Below are positions 1 through 11,258 of a stretch of 64,000 nt of DNA, piece after piece (the first letter of the stretch is position 1; each line of letters opens with the position of its first letter). The notes below the pieces were generated by a model that saw only the letters and a program-made list of their open reading frames with translations, searched no databases and was not told the DNA's origin. The stretch covers positions 288,001 through 352,000 of the forward strand of contig CAWCNS010000006.1 in the NCBI GenBank assembly GCA_963796965.1. The letters run 5' to 3'. The stretch is from Calditrichia bacterium. GTDB lineage: Bacteria; Calditrichota; Calditrichia; JAJRVZ01. A program made the position numbers and the translations under genes.

Positions 1-776
1 ATATTTAAATCAGAAAGAAATGCCTCTGCATCCTCTTCATCAAGTTGGGAGATTTCTTTTTCAATTTCCGCACTTAATTCAGTGATAGCACATTTGGCAT
101 CAATAATATCATTTAATTCCTCTATTAAAGAGTTTTCAATTGCGATCTCGTTTTCTCCAATATTTAATACAAAGAGGATCGGTTTAGCACTTAAAAATTG
201 AAATCCTTTGATGATTAACTGTTCCGCATCTGAAAGGTCTAAATCTCGGATCGGTCGTTCTTCTTCTAGTATTTCCTGGCATTTTTTTAATACCACAAGT
301 TCTTTCTTATCTTTATCATTTTGTGTTTTCATTACCAATTTTTCAAGCTTTCCTATTCTGCTTTCAATAATCGATAGATCATTTAGCATGAATTCACTAT
401 TGATGAAGTTAATATCCCGTTTAGGATTTACGCTTCCCATTGGATGGGGATATATATCATTTTCAAAAGCACGAATCATAACCAGTATAAGGTCTACCGT
501 TTTTGTGTTTGATAGAAATTGATTGGGTAAGCCCGATCCCTGATGTCCGTCTTTATCCAAACCAGGTACTTTGATATATTCAATCGTTGCCGGGACTTCT
601 TTTTGAGGTTGAAACATTTCTGTAAGTTTGTTCAGCCTGCTGTCTGGTACTTGAACAACACCACGTTCTGCATCATTTTTAAATTTTCCGGTGGATTCAT
701 GGGATTTATGTGCTAGTAATGTCTCAAATAGTGTTGATTTTCCGGAAAAGGGTAAGCCAACTATTCCGATTTGCAT
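1..776 (-). CDS. ychF: YchF/Ola1-like ATPase, divergent, 3' end runs off the window
   Basis: Manual translation: MQIGIVGLPFSGKSTLFE...GVVQVPDSRLNKLTEMFQP...GSGLPNQFLSN...FQFLSAKPILFVLN. GGAGG RBS at 781-785. Absent from the ORF track because no stop lies in the window. Confidence 0.88.
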   Translation of the reverse strand, partial: MQIGIVGLPFSGKSTLFETLLAHKSHESTGKFKNDAERGVVQVPDSRLNKLTEMFQPQKEVPATIEYIKVPGLDKDGHQGSGLPNQFLSNTKTVDLILVMIRAFENDIYPHPMGSVNPKRDINFINSEFMLNDLSIIESRIGKLEKLVMKTQNDKDKKELVVLKKCQEILEEERPIRDLDLSDAEQLIIKGFQFLSAKPILFVLNIGENEIAIENSLIEELNDIIDAKCAITELSAEIEKEISQLDEEDAEAFLSDLN

Positions 777-790
777 ATTACCTCCAATAA

Positions 791-819
791 AAAAAGCGGG
801 ATTAAGTCTCCCGCCTTTT
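791..819 (-). terminator. Intrinsic terminator-like hairpin directly upstream of the ychF RBS
   Basis: Minus strand GGCGGGA-GACTTAA-TCCCGCT followed by a T run. Confidence 0.6.
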
Positions 820-881
820 CAATATACAATCTTTTTTATCAAAAATTATTAATGATATTTTACAAAAAATATCACATTCAC

Positions 882-1147
882 TCAAATATTGTTTTCCATT
901 AATGGATTTACAATATTCTTCAGATAGTCCACTGAAGGATTTATATACGTTTTACCTTCTATTTCCAAAGTCGGAACAATTTTTTTTCCTCCACAGATCT
1001 CTTTTAGTTTTTCAATTGCCAATGGATCAGTGTCAACATGAATGACTTTGTAGGCAACGTTTTTTCTTCAAAAAACGATAGTATAGCTTTACAATCATGG
1101 CACCAATCTGTGGAATACATTTTTACAAAAGGTGTTGAATTCTCCAT
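882..1147 (-). CDS. Glutaredoxin/NrdH-mycoredoxin-like protein, one frameshift near 1062
   Basis: Manual translation MENSTPFVKMYSTDWCHDCKAILSFFEEK / VAYKVIHVDTDPLAIEKLKEICGGKKIVPTLEIEG; CxxC and cis-Pro VPT motifs. Confidence 0.85.
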
Positions 1148-1158
1148 GTTTCCCCCTC

Positions 1159-2613
1159 TTAACTTTTGTTAAGTCTTTCACGCGTTACACGAGCAACAAC
1201 ACCGGCTAAGAACAATAGACCAACCAGGTTTGGAAAAGCCATTAATGCATTGCCTATATTGCCTATATGCCAAACAATATTCAGATAATCAAAACTTTGT
1301 CCAGCAATTGGTGTCAGGATTGCACCCATAAATAAAAACAATATGAATATATAACGATATGGCATAATAACTTTATTTCCACCAAAGTATTCTATACATT
1401 TTTCTCCATAATAAGACCAACCAATTAATGTCGTGTATCCAAAAACAAACGATGCAACGGCAATAATCGTTCCCCCTAATCCGAATGGTATAACCGAATT
1501 AAAGGCTTTTTGGGTAACTAAAATACTGGTAATATTATCAGCCGCTCCTAAACCTTGCCAAGCCTGTGTTTGCATATAAGCACCCGTTAGGACTATTGTA
1601 AGGGTCGTCATAGAATTGACCAATATTGTATCTATAAAAACTCCCGTCATTGCTATCAATCCATTTTTGGTTGGTTCTTCAGACGTGGATGCTCCCTGAG
1701 CAATAGCAGCAGACCCCAAACCGGCTTCATTTGAAAGTAAACCCCGGCTAACCCCATTCTGTATAGCAAGCCCAACAGAAGCGCCTAATAATGGTTGAAA
1801 ACCAAAAGCTGATTTAAATATAACAGCAAATGCCTCTGGAATTTTTGTGATGTTTGCTATAATCACAATCGATGCAAAAATAATATAGAAGATAATCATT
1901 GAGGGTACCAACTTTTCAGAGACATGTCCAATTTTTTTAATTCCACCAATAATCACCATCCCAACCAATATTGCTATCAACAATCCAATAACGAAGTAAT
2001 AGATGGCAGGGGCTTGTTCTCCGGCAACACCACCATGAAAGGCACGGTTAAATGTGTTTGCAAGTGAAGCTGTCATCGAATTCGATTGGGCCATATTTCC
2101 TGTACCGATAAGACAAGCAATTGCTCCAAATAGCGCAAATGCGCCACCAAGCCATTTCCCAATTTTTTTGTTTTTTAATCCATTCTTAACATAGTACATT
2201 GGCCCGCCTGCCATCGTACCATTTGGAGCCACTTCACGATATTCTACACCTAAAAAACCTTCTGCATATTTAGTTGCCATCCCAAATATACCGGCAATCC
2301 ACATATACACGGGTGCGCCAGGGCCCCCTATTGCTATTGCAGTAGCGACACCGGCAATATTTCCGTTTCCTACTGTAGCCGCCAATGCAGTCATCAATGC
2401 TGCAAAGGGTGAAATATCGCCATGTCCTTTTTTTGAATGTGCCTCTTTTGAAAATATAAGTTTTATCGATACCCAGAAATGGGTGAATTGAAGTCCCCGC
2501 GTGCGTATAGTTAGAAATATTCCGGTTAGCAACAGGAGGGCGATCATTGGCAAACCCCAAAAGATCAGGTCTAATTCTCTAGTCCAGTACAGTACATGGT
2601 CAAAAAAGCCCAT
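1159..2613 (-). CDS. Alanine/glycine:cation symporter (AGCS/AlsT family)
   Basis: ISPFAALMTALAATVGNGNIAGVATAI, GGPMYY and SNEAGLGSAAIA motifs. Confidence 0.93.
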   Translation of the reverse strand: MGFFDHVLYWTRELDLIFWGLPMIALLLLTGIFLTIRTRGLQFTHFWVSIKLIFSKEAHSKKGHGDISPFAALMTALAATVGNGNIAGVATAIAIGGPGAPVYMWIAGIFGMATKYAEGFLGVEYREVAPNGTMAGGPMYYVKNGLKNKKIGKWLGGAFALFGAIACLIGTGNMAQSNSMTASLANTFNRAFHGGVAGEQAPAIYYFVIGLLIAILVGMVIIGGIKKIGHVSEKLVPSMIIFYIIFASIVIIANITKIPEAFAVIFKSAFGFQPLLGASVGLAIQNGVSRGLLSNEAGLGSAAIAQGASTSEEPTKNGLIAMTGVFIDTILVNSMTTLTIVLTGAYMQTQAWQGLGAADNITSILVTQKAFNSVIPFGLGGTIIAVASFVFGYTTLIGWSYYGEKCIEYFGGNKVIMPYRYIFILFLFMGAILTPIAGQSFDYLNIVWHIGNIGNALMAFPNLVGLLFLAGVVARVTRERLNKS

Positions 2614-2656
2614 ACGAATTATTCCTTTATTCGGTCAATATGATTGGTTCAGTATC

Positions 2657-4007
2657 TCAGTCGAATAGTCCAAATAGATTTAGTAATATCAAAAAGACAA
2701 CCACAGGTATAAAATATCTTATCATAAATATCCATATCCCTCTGGTCTTTTGAAAAAATGACGAATTAACTTCAAGTTCATCTGCTGCCTTCCCGGCACC
2801 CCAAACCCAACCGACAAATATTGAAAGAAGTAAAGCACCAAATGCGAGTGAAAAATCTCCCCATATAAAACTCATTTGGCTCAAAAAATCGGGCGAGGTT
2901 AGTCTTGCTGGTAACAAACCAAAATCTGTAAAAAATTCTGAGGAGCCTTGTGAAAGAGCAGAAGGTAAACCCACTATAAAGGTAAACGCAGACTACGGCC
3001 CAAACTATTTTTTTACGATCCACTTTTTTCTCATCAACCAGATATGCTACAGGCACCTCAAGAAGAGAAATAGTTGAAGTAAGTGCGGCTACTGTCAACA
3101 AAATAAAGAAAAATGTTCCAACGACCAATCCTCCCGGCATCTGAATAAAAAGTTTCGGGAGGACAACGAAGACGAGTGAAGGTCCGGCGGACGGGCTTTC
3201 ACCCATCGCAAAAAGGGCTGGAAAAATAATTAACCCCGCCATTATGGCGATCATTGTGTCAAACAGACCAATATAAAAAGCGGAACTTATTATATTGTCC
3301 CTTTTTGATACATAACTGCCATAAGTAATCATAAGACCCATTCCTAAACTTAAGGAGAAAAAAGCTTGTCCCAGGGCAGCCAGCATTGTCTTACCTGTTA
3401 TTTTTGATATATCCGGTTGCAGATAAAAAGCTAACCCACGCCCCGCCCCATCAAGAGTAACCGAGTAAATTATTAATCCAATAAGCAATATAAATAGAAT
3501 GGGCATCAATATTTTTGACCATCGTTCTATCCCAGCCTCAACACCTCCATAGACAATAGACGTTGTCAGCAGCATAAAAAGCGCGAATAGGAATAATACC
3601 ATAAGGGGATTTGATACAAATTCTGAAAAATCGCTAACATTCCCTGTCGCCATTTTAAAGATATAACCAAAGGTCCAACCAGCAATCACACCATAAAAAG
3701 AAAGGATTCCAACACCAGTTAGTACACCCAGCACGCCAACCCATTTCCATGGTGACCCGGGTTTTATAGCTTCAATGGCACCTACCGGATTCTTCTGAGA
3801 CAGCCTTCCCAGAGCCAATTCTGCAAACATATAGGGTAGTCCAATTATCACAACAAAAATTATATAAAGCAATACAAAAGCAGCACCACCATTTTCGCCT
3901 ACCACATATGGGAATCGCCAGATATTGCCTAGCCCAATTGCTGACCCAGCTGCAGCAAAAATAAACCCGATTTTTGAACTCCACTGTCCGCGTTGTGCAT
4001 CCATCAA
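2657..4007 (-). CDS. Sodium-dependent transporter, NSS/SNF (LeuT-like) family, frameshift near 2990
   Basis: RGQWSSKIGFIFAAAGSAIGLGNIWRFPY and GQAFFSLSLG; C-terminus continues in ORF 2657..2974. Confidence 0.92.
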
Positions 4008-4244
4008 TTATTCTCCTGAGATCTCTTTAAACCGAAAAACTAATACTTATATAAGTTAATCGGGGCAATTTAATAAAAATATGTATAAATGTTTAATAAA
4101 AAACTATGTTATCCAAGTAATCGCTTTTTTCAAGATTATATATATATAAATGAATTCTATTTTGATTACTATTATATTTGATAATCCTATTGATATTATT
4201 AACTTTGTTGGAATTTTTTATCAACTCTCACGATTGAATGTCTT

Positions 4245-5398
4245 ATGAATACCATTTATCTGGACCATGCATCAACAACACCTATCGATCCTGATGTCAA
4301 TGATTTAATGCATCAAACTGCTCTGCAGGTTTATGCAAACCCTTCAAGCGTTCACTCATTTGGTCAGCAAAGTAAAGTACTTTTAGAAAAGGCCCGCAAA
4401 ATTTTAGCCGATTCTGTTGGTGGTAAGTCTGGTGACGTTTTTTTTACCGCAGGAGGTACCGAAGCTAATAATCTTGCCATTCTTGGTTGTGTAAGAGCCA
4501 ACAATCATCATGGCAAGCACCTCATCACTTCAAAAATCGAACATCCATCTGTACTTAATGTTTTTCATCATCTTGAAACTCTTGGCTATTCGGTGTCTTA
4601 TATTGATGTGGATGAAATGGGACAACCAGATATAAACCAATTTAAATCCTTGTTAAGAAATGATACCATTCTGGTTTCCCTTATGTTAGCAAATAATGAG
4701 ACAGGATCTGTGTTCCCGATTCGGGAAATTGGAGAACTTCTTAATAGGCATACTTCTTTTTTTCATTGTGATGCCGTACAGGCATACAGTAAAATTCAAA
4801 TCTCCTTATCTGACTTCATGATTGACTTATTAACCATATCAGGGCACAAGATCTATGGCCCTAAAGGTGCTGGCGCTTTGCTCACCCGTCAGTCGGTACC
4901 AATCCAATCCATATTGTTTGGAGGATCCCAGGAAACCAATGTTCGCCCAGGAACAGAGAATCTACCGGCTATTGCAGGCCTGGCTATAGCTGCAGAAAAA
5001 ATAGCAATTAATATGGATATAGCTAAAAATATTTCTACCATAAGAAATTTATTTGAGCAGAAATTAAAACAAACGATTCCAGGTATTATCATTCATGGAG
5101 AGAAATCTCAACGTGTTTGTAGTCATTCAAATGTTTATTTTCCGTTTATTTCAGGTGATGCCATGCTGATTAACCTCGATCAGGAGGGAATAGCCGTCTC
5201 TACCGGTTCTGCTTGTAGTCGGGCTCGAGCAAACCTTCCTATGTGCTTAAATCTATGGGCTTTGATAGTAAACATATACGTAACTCCATAAGATTTTCCT
5301 TTGGTAAAACAAATAGGATAGAAGAAATTCAGAGGGTTATTGATGTTATATACCGTATTTATAGACGCTTTGATTCGGGAAATAAATATTTAAACTAA
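4245..5398 (+). CDS. iscS: Cysteine desulfurase (IscS/NifS family), frameshift near 5218
   Basis: YLDHASTTP, GGTEANN, HCDAVQA, SGHKIYGPKG, STGSACS; repaired tail SGSSKPSYVLKSMG...NSIRFSFG ends at TAA 5396-5398. Confidence 0.88.
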
Positions 5399-5455
5399 TC
5401 AAACCTGATACTCAGTAAGCAGATTGATTTGTACCAATTATGAAAAGTATTTGCT

Positions 5456-7247
5456 ATGCATGAAGATGAAATTACAGGAAAAGCGTATGATTCAAAATTG
5501 ATGAAGCGCTTACTTGCTTATACCGCCCCCTATAAAAAATTAATCTTTATAGGTGTTCTGCTAACTCTTTTCGCCTCATTGTTACAATTAGCCGGACCAT
5601 ACCTCACAAAATTGGCCATTGATAAGTACATTGCAAATAAGGAACTGTCCGGACTATATCTAATTCTATTAGTTTATTTCATTGTTCTTATTTTTATATT
5701 TCTAACACAATATGCGCAAATCTATGTAACCCAATATTTCGGCCAAAGATTGATGTTCGATATTCGGTCAAAAGTATTCCAATACATACACAAACTTTCC
5801 CTTTCATTTTTTGATAAAAATCCCGTTGGTCGTTTAATGACCCGGGTGACCTCAGATGTCGAAGCGCTTAATCAAATGTTTACCCAGGGTATTGTTTCAA
5901 TTTTTGGTGATATATTTCTTCTTTTAGGTATAATGATTGCTTTATTCTATATGGATCCCCGCCTTGCCTTTTGGGTGCTTTCTGTTGTGCCTGTATTGTT
6001 TATTATATCAATTATTTTTCGTATCCGTGTTCGTAATTCTTTCAGACGTATTCGGAAGTGGGTTGCGCAGATCAATACCTATGTGCAGGAAAATATTACA
6101 GGTATGCAAATTGTTCAGGTATTTAACCGGGTTGACAAAAATTATCAAAACGTTTTCCGAGATCAATTATGGAACATACCCAGGCCCACATTAAAACTGT
6201 TTTTTACTTTGCTCTTTTTTATCCTGCCATTGAATTAGTCGGTGCATTTGCAATATGCCCTCGTAATTTGGCGAGGTGGTATTTTCAAGTTGAGGGGCTA
6301 ACAACATTTGGTGCATTGGTTGCTTTTATACAGTATGCACAAATGTTTTTCCGTCCAATTAGTGATTTATCTGAAAAATATAATATTCTTCAACAAGCCA
6401 TGGCATCATCTGAGCGAATTTTTAAATTACTTGACACACCCATTTCTAATTAGAATCTGATCCATACTCCTCAAAAGATTGAAAATATTAGAGGCAAAAT
6501 TAAATTTCAATCGTGTTAATTTTGCTTACAATGAACCTGAATTATATCTTGAAGGATGTCAGCTTTGAACTGAATCCCGGGGAAAGTATTGCCATCGTTG
6601 GCCATACTGGCGCCGGAAAAACCAGTTTAATTAATATACTTGCCCGACAGTATGATTTTCAGAATGGTGATATATTTGTAGATGATATATCAATACGAAA
6701 GTGGGATTTGAATTCCCTTCGCAGTCAGATTGCTGTTGTTTTGCAGGATGTTTTCCTTTTTTCCGGAACGTGTGGCTGATAATATTCGTCTTGGAAATAA
6801 GCATATTTCTATTGACACGATTAAATGGGCTGCTAAGCAAGTCAATGCTCACGAGTTTCATTGAAAAATTCCCCAAAAATATGACACGCCAGTAAAGGAA
6901 CGTGGAACAACTTTATCGATGGGTCAGAAACAACTGATTTCATTTGCAAGGGCATTCGTTGTAAATCCACGAATTTTAGTATTAGATGAGGCGACTTCTA
7001 GTGTGGATACAGAAACTGAAATGCTTATTCAGGGGGCTTTGGAAACATCTAATGACAACAACCGAACATCATTAATCATTGCCCACCGATTATCCACAAT
7101 CAAAGCACGTGAATAAAATTATTGTAATGCATAAGGGAACAATCCGGGAAATGGGAACACATGAGGAATTGCTTGAGAAAAGAGGACTTTACTATCAACT
7201 TTATCTTATTGCAGTATAAATCTCAGGAGAAATTATCTATAGAATAG
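5456..7247 (+). CDS. ABC exporter, fused permease and ATPase (MsbA/MdlB-like), several frameshifts
   Basis: Membrane domain [14 protein letters not shown], Walker [10 protein letters not shown], signature LSMGQKQL, Walker [10 protein letters not shown] and IIAHRLSTI spread over successive ORF fragments. Confidence 0.88.
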
Positions 7248-7263
7248 ATCTGTGATTCGTATT

Positions 7264-7301
7264 AAAAAAAAGGCGTTCCGTAAATGAAAACGCCTTTTTT
7301 T
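7264..7301. terminator. Bidirectional intrinsic terminator between the ABC exporter and citrate synthase
   Basis: A run, GGCGTT, loop, AACGCC, T run, between convergent genes. Confidence 0.85.
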
Positions 7302-7314
7302 AATGAAAAATATT

Positions 7315-8614
7315 TTACTTAATTCCGGCAATTTCTTCAAGCATATCAATGTTAGTGATTTTGGTCTTTCAATTGACTGACCCAAAGCCCGATCCCAAAC
7401 AATATTTGGTAAAACGCCAAATGCACGACCAACACCAAATTGACGGTATAAAAATCATATTCCTGAACACCATAATGCCATTGAATAACACCAGAATGGG
7501 CATCAACATTTGGCCATGGATTTTTTGCTTTACCCTGTTCCTCCAAAACCGGAGGGACAACATCATAGAGCAGACTTACAACTTTAAAAATCTGCATCAT
7601 CAGGTAGATGCTTTAGAGCAAATTCACGTTGAGAGGTATAACGCGGATCCGTTTTTCTTAATACCGCATGTCCATATCCCGGAACAACTTGACCAGAATT
7701 CAAAGTATCCCAAACAAATTTATGCATTTCCTCTTTTGTTGGGTTATCTCCAACTTTTTTCATCATTTCCTGAATCCAACGCAAAACTTCCTGATTGGCC
7801 AATCCATGCAATGGCCCTGCTAATCCATTTAACCCTGCTGATAAAGAATAGTAAGCATCAGAGAGAGTGGAAGCAACCAGATGGGTCGTATGTGCACTTA
7901 CATTGCCACTTTCATGATCACTATGAAGAATAAAATAGAGACGTGATAATTCATCATATGGTGAACCAATTCCCATCATATGGGCATAGTTTTTTCCATA
8001 ATCAAGTGAGAAATCAGGTTCAATAGGAGAATCATTTTTATATTTATAGCGATATATATAGGCAGCAATTGTGTTTAATTTGGCCAATAAATTCATGGCA
8101 TCTTCATACATCGGATCCCAGTAATCAAATTTACTCATACCTTCATTATATTTTTTTACAAATACAGAGTCTTTTTGAAGAGCCATAATCGCAATGGAAA
8201 ACATCGTCATCGGATGCGTATCTTTTGGCAGAGCCCGTAGTGTATCCCATACATAATTGGGCACTTCTCCTCTTGCCTGAAATCTTTAATAACTTCCTGA
8301 ACTTGATCCTCTGTTGGAATTTCTCCTGTTAACAGTAAATACAGATGACCCTCAACATAAGGCATTTCTGCCCCAGGTGCTTTAGGTAATTTTTCTAAGG
8401 TCTCTGGAATGGTATAACCCCTAAAACGAATTCCTTCAAATGGATCGAGATATGAGATGTCTGTTGTTAGGCATTTAATACCTCTCATTCCTCCGTAAAA
8501 CTGACTGATTTTTACCGTGTTAACTTCCGTATCTCCATGTTCTTTCACCAATTTTGTAACTCTTTCACGCCATTGGGGTAGGATAGAGGCGATTTTGTCC
8601 TTCATTTGAGTCAT
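7315..8614 (-). CDS. gltA: Citrate (Si)-synthase, eukaryotic/mitochondrial type, several frameshifts
   Basis: [76 protein letters not shown]. Confidence 0.93.
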
Positions 8615-8685
8615 AATGAACTCCTTTCTTAAATTATATGGGGTGAGATTTATCCAAGCAGATGTATCGGGATATAACTACAATA

Positions 8686-8703
8686 TAGTGCAATCATTCA
8701 CAA
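8686..8703. promoter_or_regulatory. Rex-like operator upstream of citrate synthase
   Basis: Minus strand TTGTGAA-TGAT-TGCACTA against Rex consensus TTGTGAA-N4-TTCACAA (2 mismatches), abutting a TATATT -10 candidate. Confidence 0.45.
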
Positions 8704-8737
8704 AGAGAAAGAAAAAAATGTTTATTTTTTAGTTTTT

Positions 8738-9004
8738 TTAGGAAACTTTACTTTTAGATTCTTCACCTAAACCGGATTTTTTTTCTTTTTTAGGAGATGG
8801 TGTATTCGTGCGTGTGTTTTTATTTTTATAATCAGTAATGTAAAAACCTGATCCTTTAAAAATTAATCCTGTCCCGCCTGATATTTTTCTTTGTACATTT
8901 TTTTCTTTGCATTTTGGACATACTTGTATGGGCTCAGATGCAATACTCTGAAATTCCTCAAATTCAAGTCCACAGGATTTGCAAAGATATTCATAGGTCG
9001 GCAT
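8738..9004 (-). CDS. FmdB family zinc-ribbon protein
   Basis: MPTYEYLCKSCG...CPKC...IFKGSGFYITDY. Confidence 0.92.
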   Translation of the reverse strand: MPTYEYLCKSCGLEFEEFQSIASEPIQVCPKCKEKNVQRKISGGTGLIFKGSGFYITDYKNKNTRTNTPSPKKEKKSGLGEESKSKVS

Positions 9005-9086
9005 TAATTAACTCCAAATCAATTTTTAGAAAGAAAATTTACAGAATTTTCTATAAACATTCCAACTAAATTGATATGTGTACGAC

Positions 9087-10061
9087 CTAAGACATTAGTG
9101 CGCATATGCAGGATACATTGATAACATCTTCCACACTACACCCCCGAGACAAATCATTAAAGGGATGCTTTAACCCCTGTATAATAGGTCCAATGGCCTC
9201 TGCTTCGCCTAACCTTTGTGCAATTTTATAACCTATGTTTCCTGAGTTTAAATCAGGAAAAATTAAAACATTGGCATTTCCCGCTACAGGGCTTCCCGGA
9301 GCCTTTTTTTTACCGACAGACTCTAAAAAGGCCGCATCGAATTGTAATTCTCCATCTACGATTAAAGTAGGATCTTTTTCAGAAACGAGAGAAGTGGCAC
9401 CAATGACCTTATCAACATTAGGATGTTTTGCACTTCCTTTTGTAGAAAATGAGAGCATGGCTATACGCGGTTCTTCGTCAACCAACCGACTATGTGTTTT
9501 TGCACTGCTAATGGCAATACTGGCCAACTGATCCTCATCTGGATCGGGAATGACCGCACAGTCCGCAAAAGTTAATATCTTTTCTTGTTTTAAGGACATT
9601 ATAAAGGAGCTTGAGACAACGGAAACATTATCCGCGAGGCCAATTACCTGGATCCCAGCACGCAGAACATTGCCCGTTGTATTGATTGATCCTGCGACAG
9701 CGCCATCCGCTTTTCCTGTACGAACCATAAAAGCGCCAAAAAATAAAGGGTCCAGAAGTGCACTACGGGCTTCATCCCTTGTTATATTTTTATGTTTACG
9801 GAGGTTAAAAAAATCGTCTGTCCAGGGATCTAGCATGGGGGATTTTTGAGGATCTTCAATCTTCACATTTGAAATATTAATACCCAATGCATCAGATTGT
9901 GACTTTATTTTGGATTCGTCTCCAAGAAGAATTGGTTTCACTAATTCATGTTCAGCTAAATAGCCTGCCGCTTTTATTATCCTTTCTTCTCCGCCCTCGG
10001 GTAGTACAATTGTCCTATTTTTGTGTTTTGCCGATATTCTGAATTTTTCAATGATTGACAT
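9087..10061 (-). CDS. pta: Phosphate acetyltransferase
   Basis: IVLPEG, FADCAVIPDP, AMLSFSTKGS, DGELQFDAA, FPDLNSGNIGYK, NDLSRGCS. Confidence 0.95.
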   Translation of the reverse strand: MSIIEKFRISAKHKNRTIVLPEGGEERIIKAAGYLAEHELVKPILLGDESKIKSQSDALGINISNVKIEDPQKSPMLDPWTDDFFNLRKHKNITRDEARSALLDPLFFGAFMVRTGKADGAVAGSINTTGNVLRAGIQVIGLADNVSVVSSSFIMSLKQEKILTFADCAVIPDPDEDQLASIAISSAKTHSRLVDEEPRIAMLSFSTKGSAKHPNVDKVIGATSLVSEKDPTLIVDGELQFDAAFLESVGKKKAPGSPVAGNANVLIFPDLNSGNIGYKIAQRLGEAEAIGPIIQGLKHPFNDLSRGCSVEDVINVSCICALMS

Positions 10062-10197
10062 TTAATTCCTCTTTCACATTATTATATAGTCTCTTATAAT
10101 TTTAGATATTAAATCTATATTTAAAAACTAATTTTGTAAATCATAACACAAGATCGGTTATAGAGAGTTATCCTTAAATTATAACTATATTTTCTAT

Positions 10198-10686
10198 TTA
10201 CTTCGTTTCATATTTTTCATGAAGTTTCTGAGCGACTAGTGGTGTAACTAATTTATCAACATTTCCACCAAATTCAGCAACTTCACGTATGATAGTGGAA
10301 TTCAAATAGGTATACTTTTCATTTGGCATTAAAAAAACGGTTGTTACCTCACCATTAAGACGGTGGTTCATAAGAGCCATTTGGAATTCAAATTCAAAAT
10401 CCGAAATCGCACGAAGTCCACGTATTATAACAACAGCTTGTTCTTTATCAGCAAAGTCAACAAGTAATCCCTCAAAACTTCCAGCAGTAACATTTGGCAA
10501 ATGATTTGTTGCATCATTTATAAACAATATGCGCTCATCAAGGGAGAAAAGTGGCTCTTTTTTCGTGTTATTGGCAATGGTTACAATCACTTTATCAAAT
10601 ATTTTTGCAGCACGTTCCGTAATATCAAGATGGCCATTTGTAATGGGGTCAAATGTGCCTGGATAAATTGCTGTTTTTTCAGACAT
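10198..10686 (-). CDS. coaD: Phosphopantetheine adenylyltransferase
   Basis: AIYPGTFDPITNGHLDI, RGLRAISDFEFEFQMA. Confidence 0.97.
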   Translation of the reverse strand: MSEKTAIYPGTFDPITNGHLDITERAAKIFDKVIVTIANNTKKEPLFSLDERILFINDATNHLPNVTAGSFEGLLVDFADKEQAVVIIRGLRAISDFEFEFQMALMNHRLNGEVTTVFLMPNEKYTYLNSTIIREVAEFGGNVDKLVTPLVAQKLHEKYETK

Positions 10687-11237
10687 TATCCCTCCTCCAC
10701 AATAAATGACAAAATGCTTCTTCCTATTTTCTTTTGTTTTATAACCTGATATATATCTGTCTGCAAATTTATTGGATTGTCAATCTCATGGTGTAACATT
10801 AATACCCCTTCCCGACTAAGAATTTTGTAGTGAAATATTTCGTCTACTAATATCTGCATTTCAGGATATTTAAATGGTGGGTCGGCAAAAATTAATTGAA
10901 ATGCTGCCTCCCCGCGCCTAATATAATCGAGAACATCTGTTCTAATTATTTTAATCTTGTCCGCACTAACAGACAATTCATTAATATTGAATTTAAGCAC
11001 CTCCACAGATGTGGTTGCTTTTTCTACAAAACTTACACCAGTAGCACCCCGGCTAATTGCTTCAAGACCGAGGCCACCACTACCGCTAAACAGATCCAGA
11101 ATCCACCTGTCTTTACAGAAATCTCCTAATATTGAAAAGATGATTTCTTTGTTTCTATTGGTTATCGGCCGAATGGATAAATCCCGACCCGCAGAGAGGT
11201 GTTTGCCCTTAAATTGACCTGTTAATATACGCATCAA
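10686..11237 (-). CDS. rsmD: 16S rRNA m2G966 methyltransferase
   Basis: MRILTGQFKG...IRP, LDLFSGSGGLGLEAISRGA, IFADPPF; usual neighbour of coaD. Confidence 0.93.
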   Translation of the reverse strand: MMRILTGQFKGKHLSAGRDLSIRPITNRNKEIIFSILGDFCKDRWILDLFSGSGGLGLEAISRGATGVSFVEKATTSVEVLKFNINELSVSADKIKIIRTDVLDYIRRGEAAFQLIFADPPFKYPEMQILVDEIFHYKILSREGVLMLHHEIDNPINLQTDIYQVIKQKKIGRSILSFIVEEG

Positions 11238-11258
11238 TAAATCATTTGATCATTCAAA

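Noticed and set aside
882..1147. Selenoprotein or stop-codon recoding in the redoxin
   Set aside because: The motif is plain WCHDC and the break is a frameshift in an A run, not an in-frame TGA.
4008..4244. Glycine riboswitch upstream of the amino-acid symporters
   Set aside because: Only CTCAGG (overlapping the RBS) is seen; no GGAGA...CCGAAG aptamer core.
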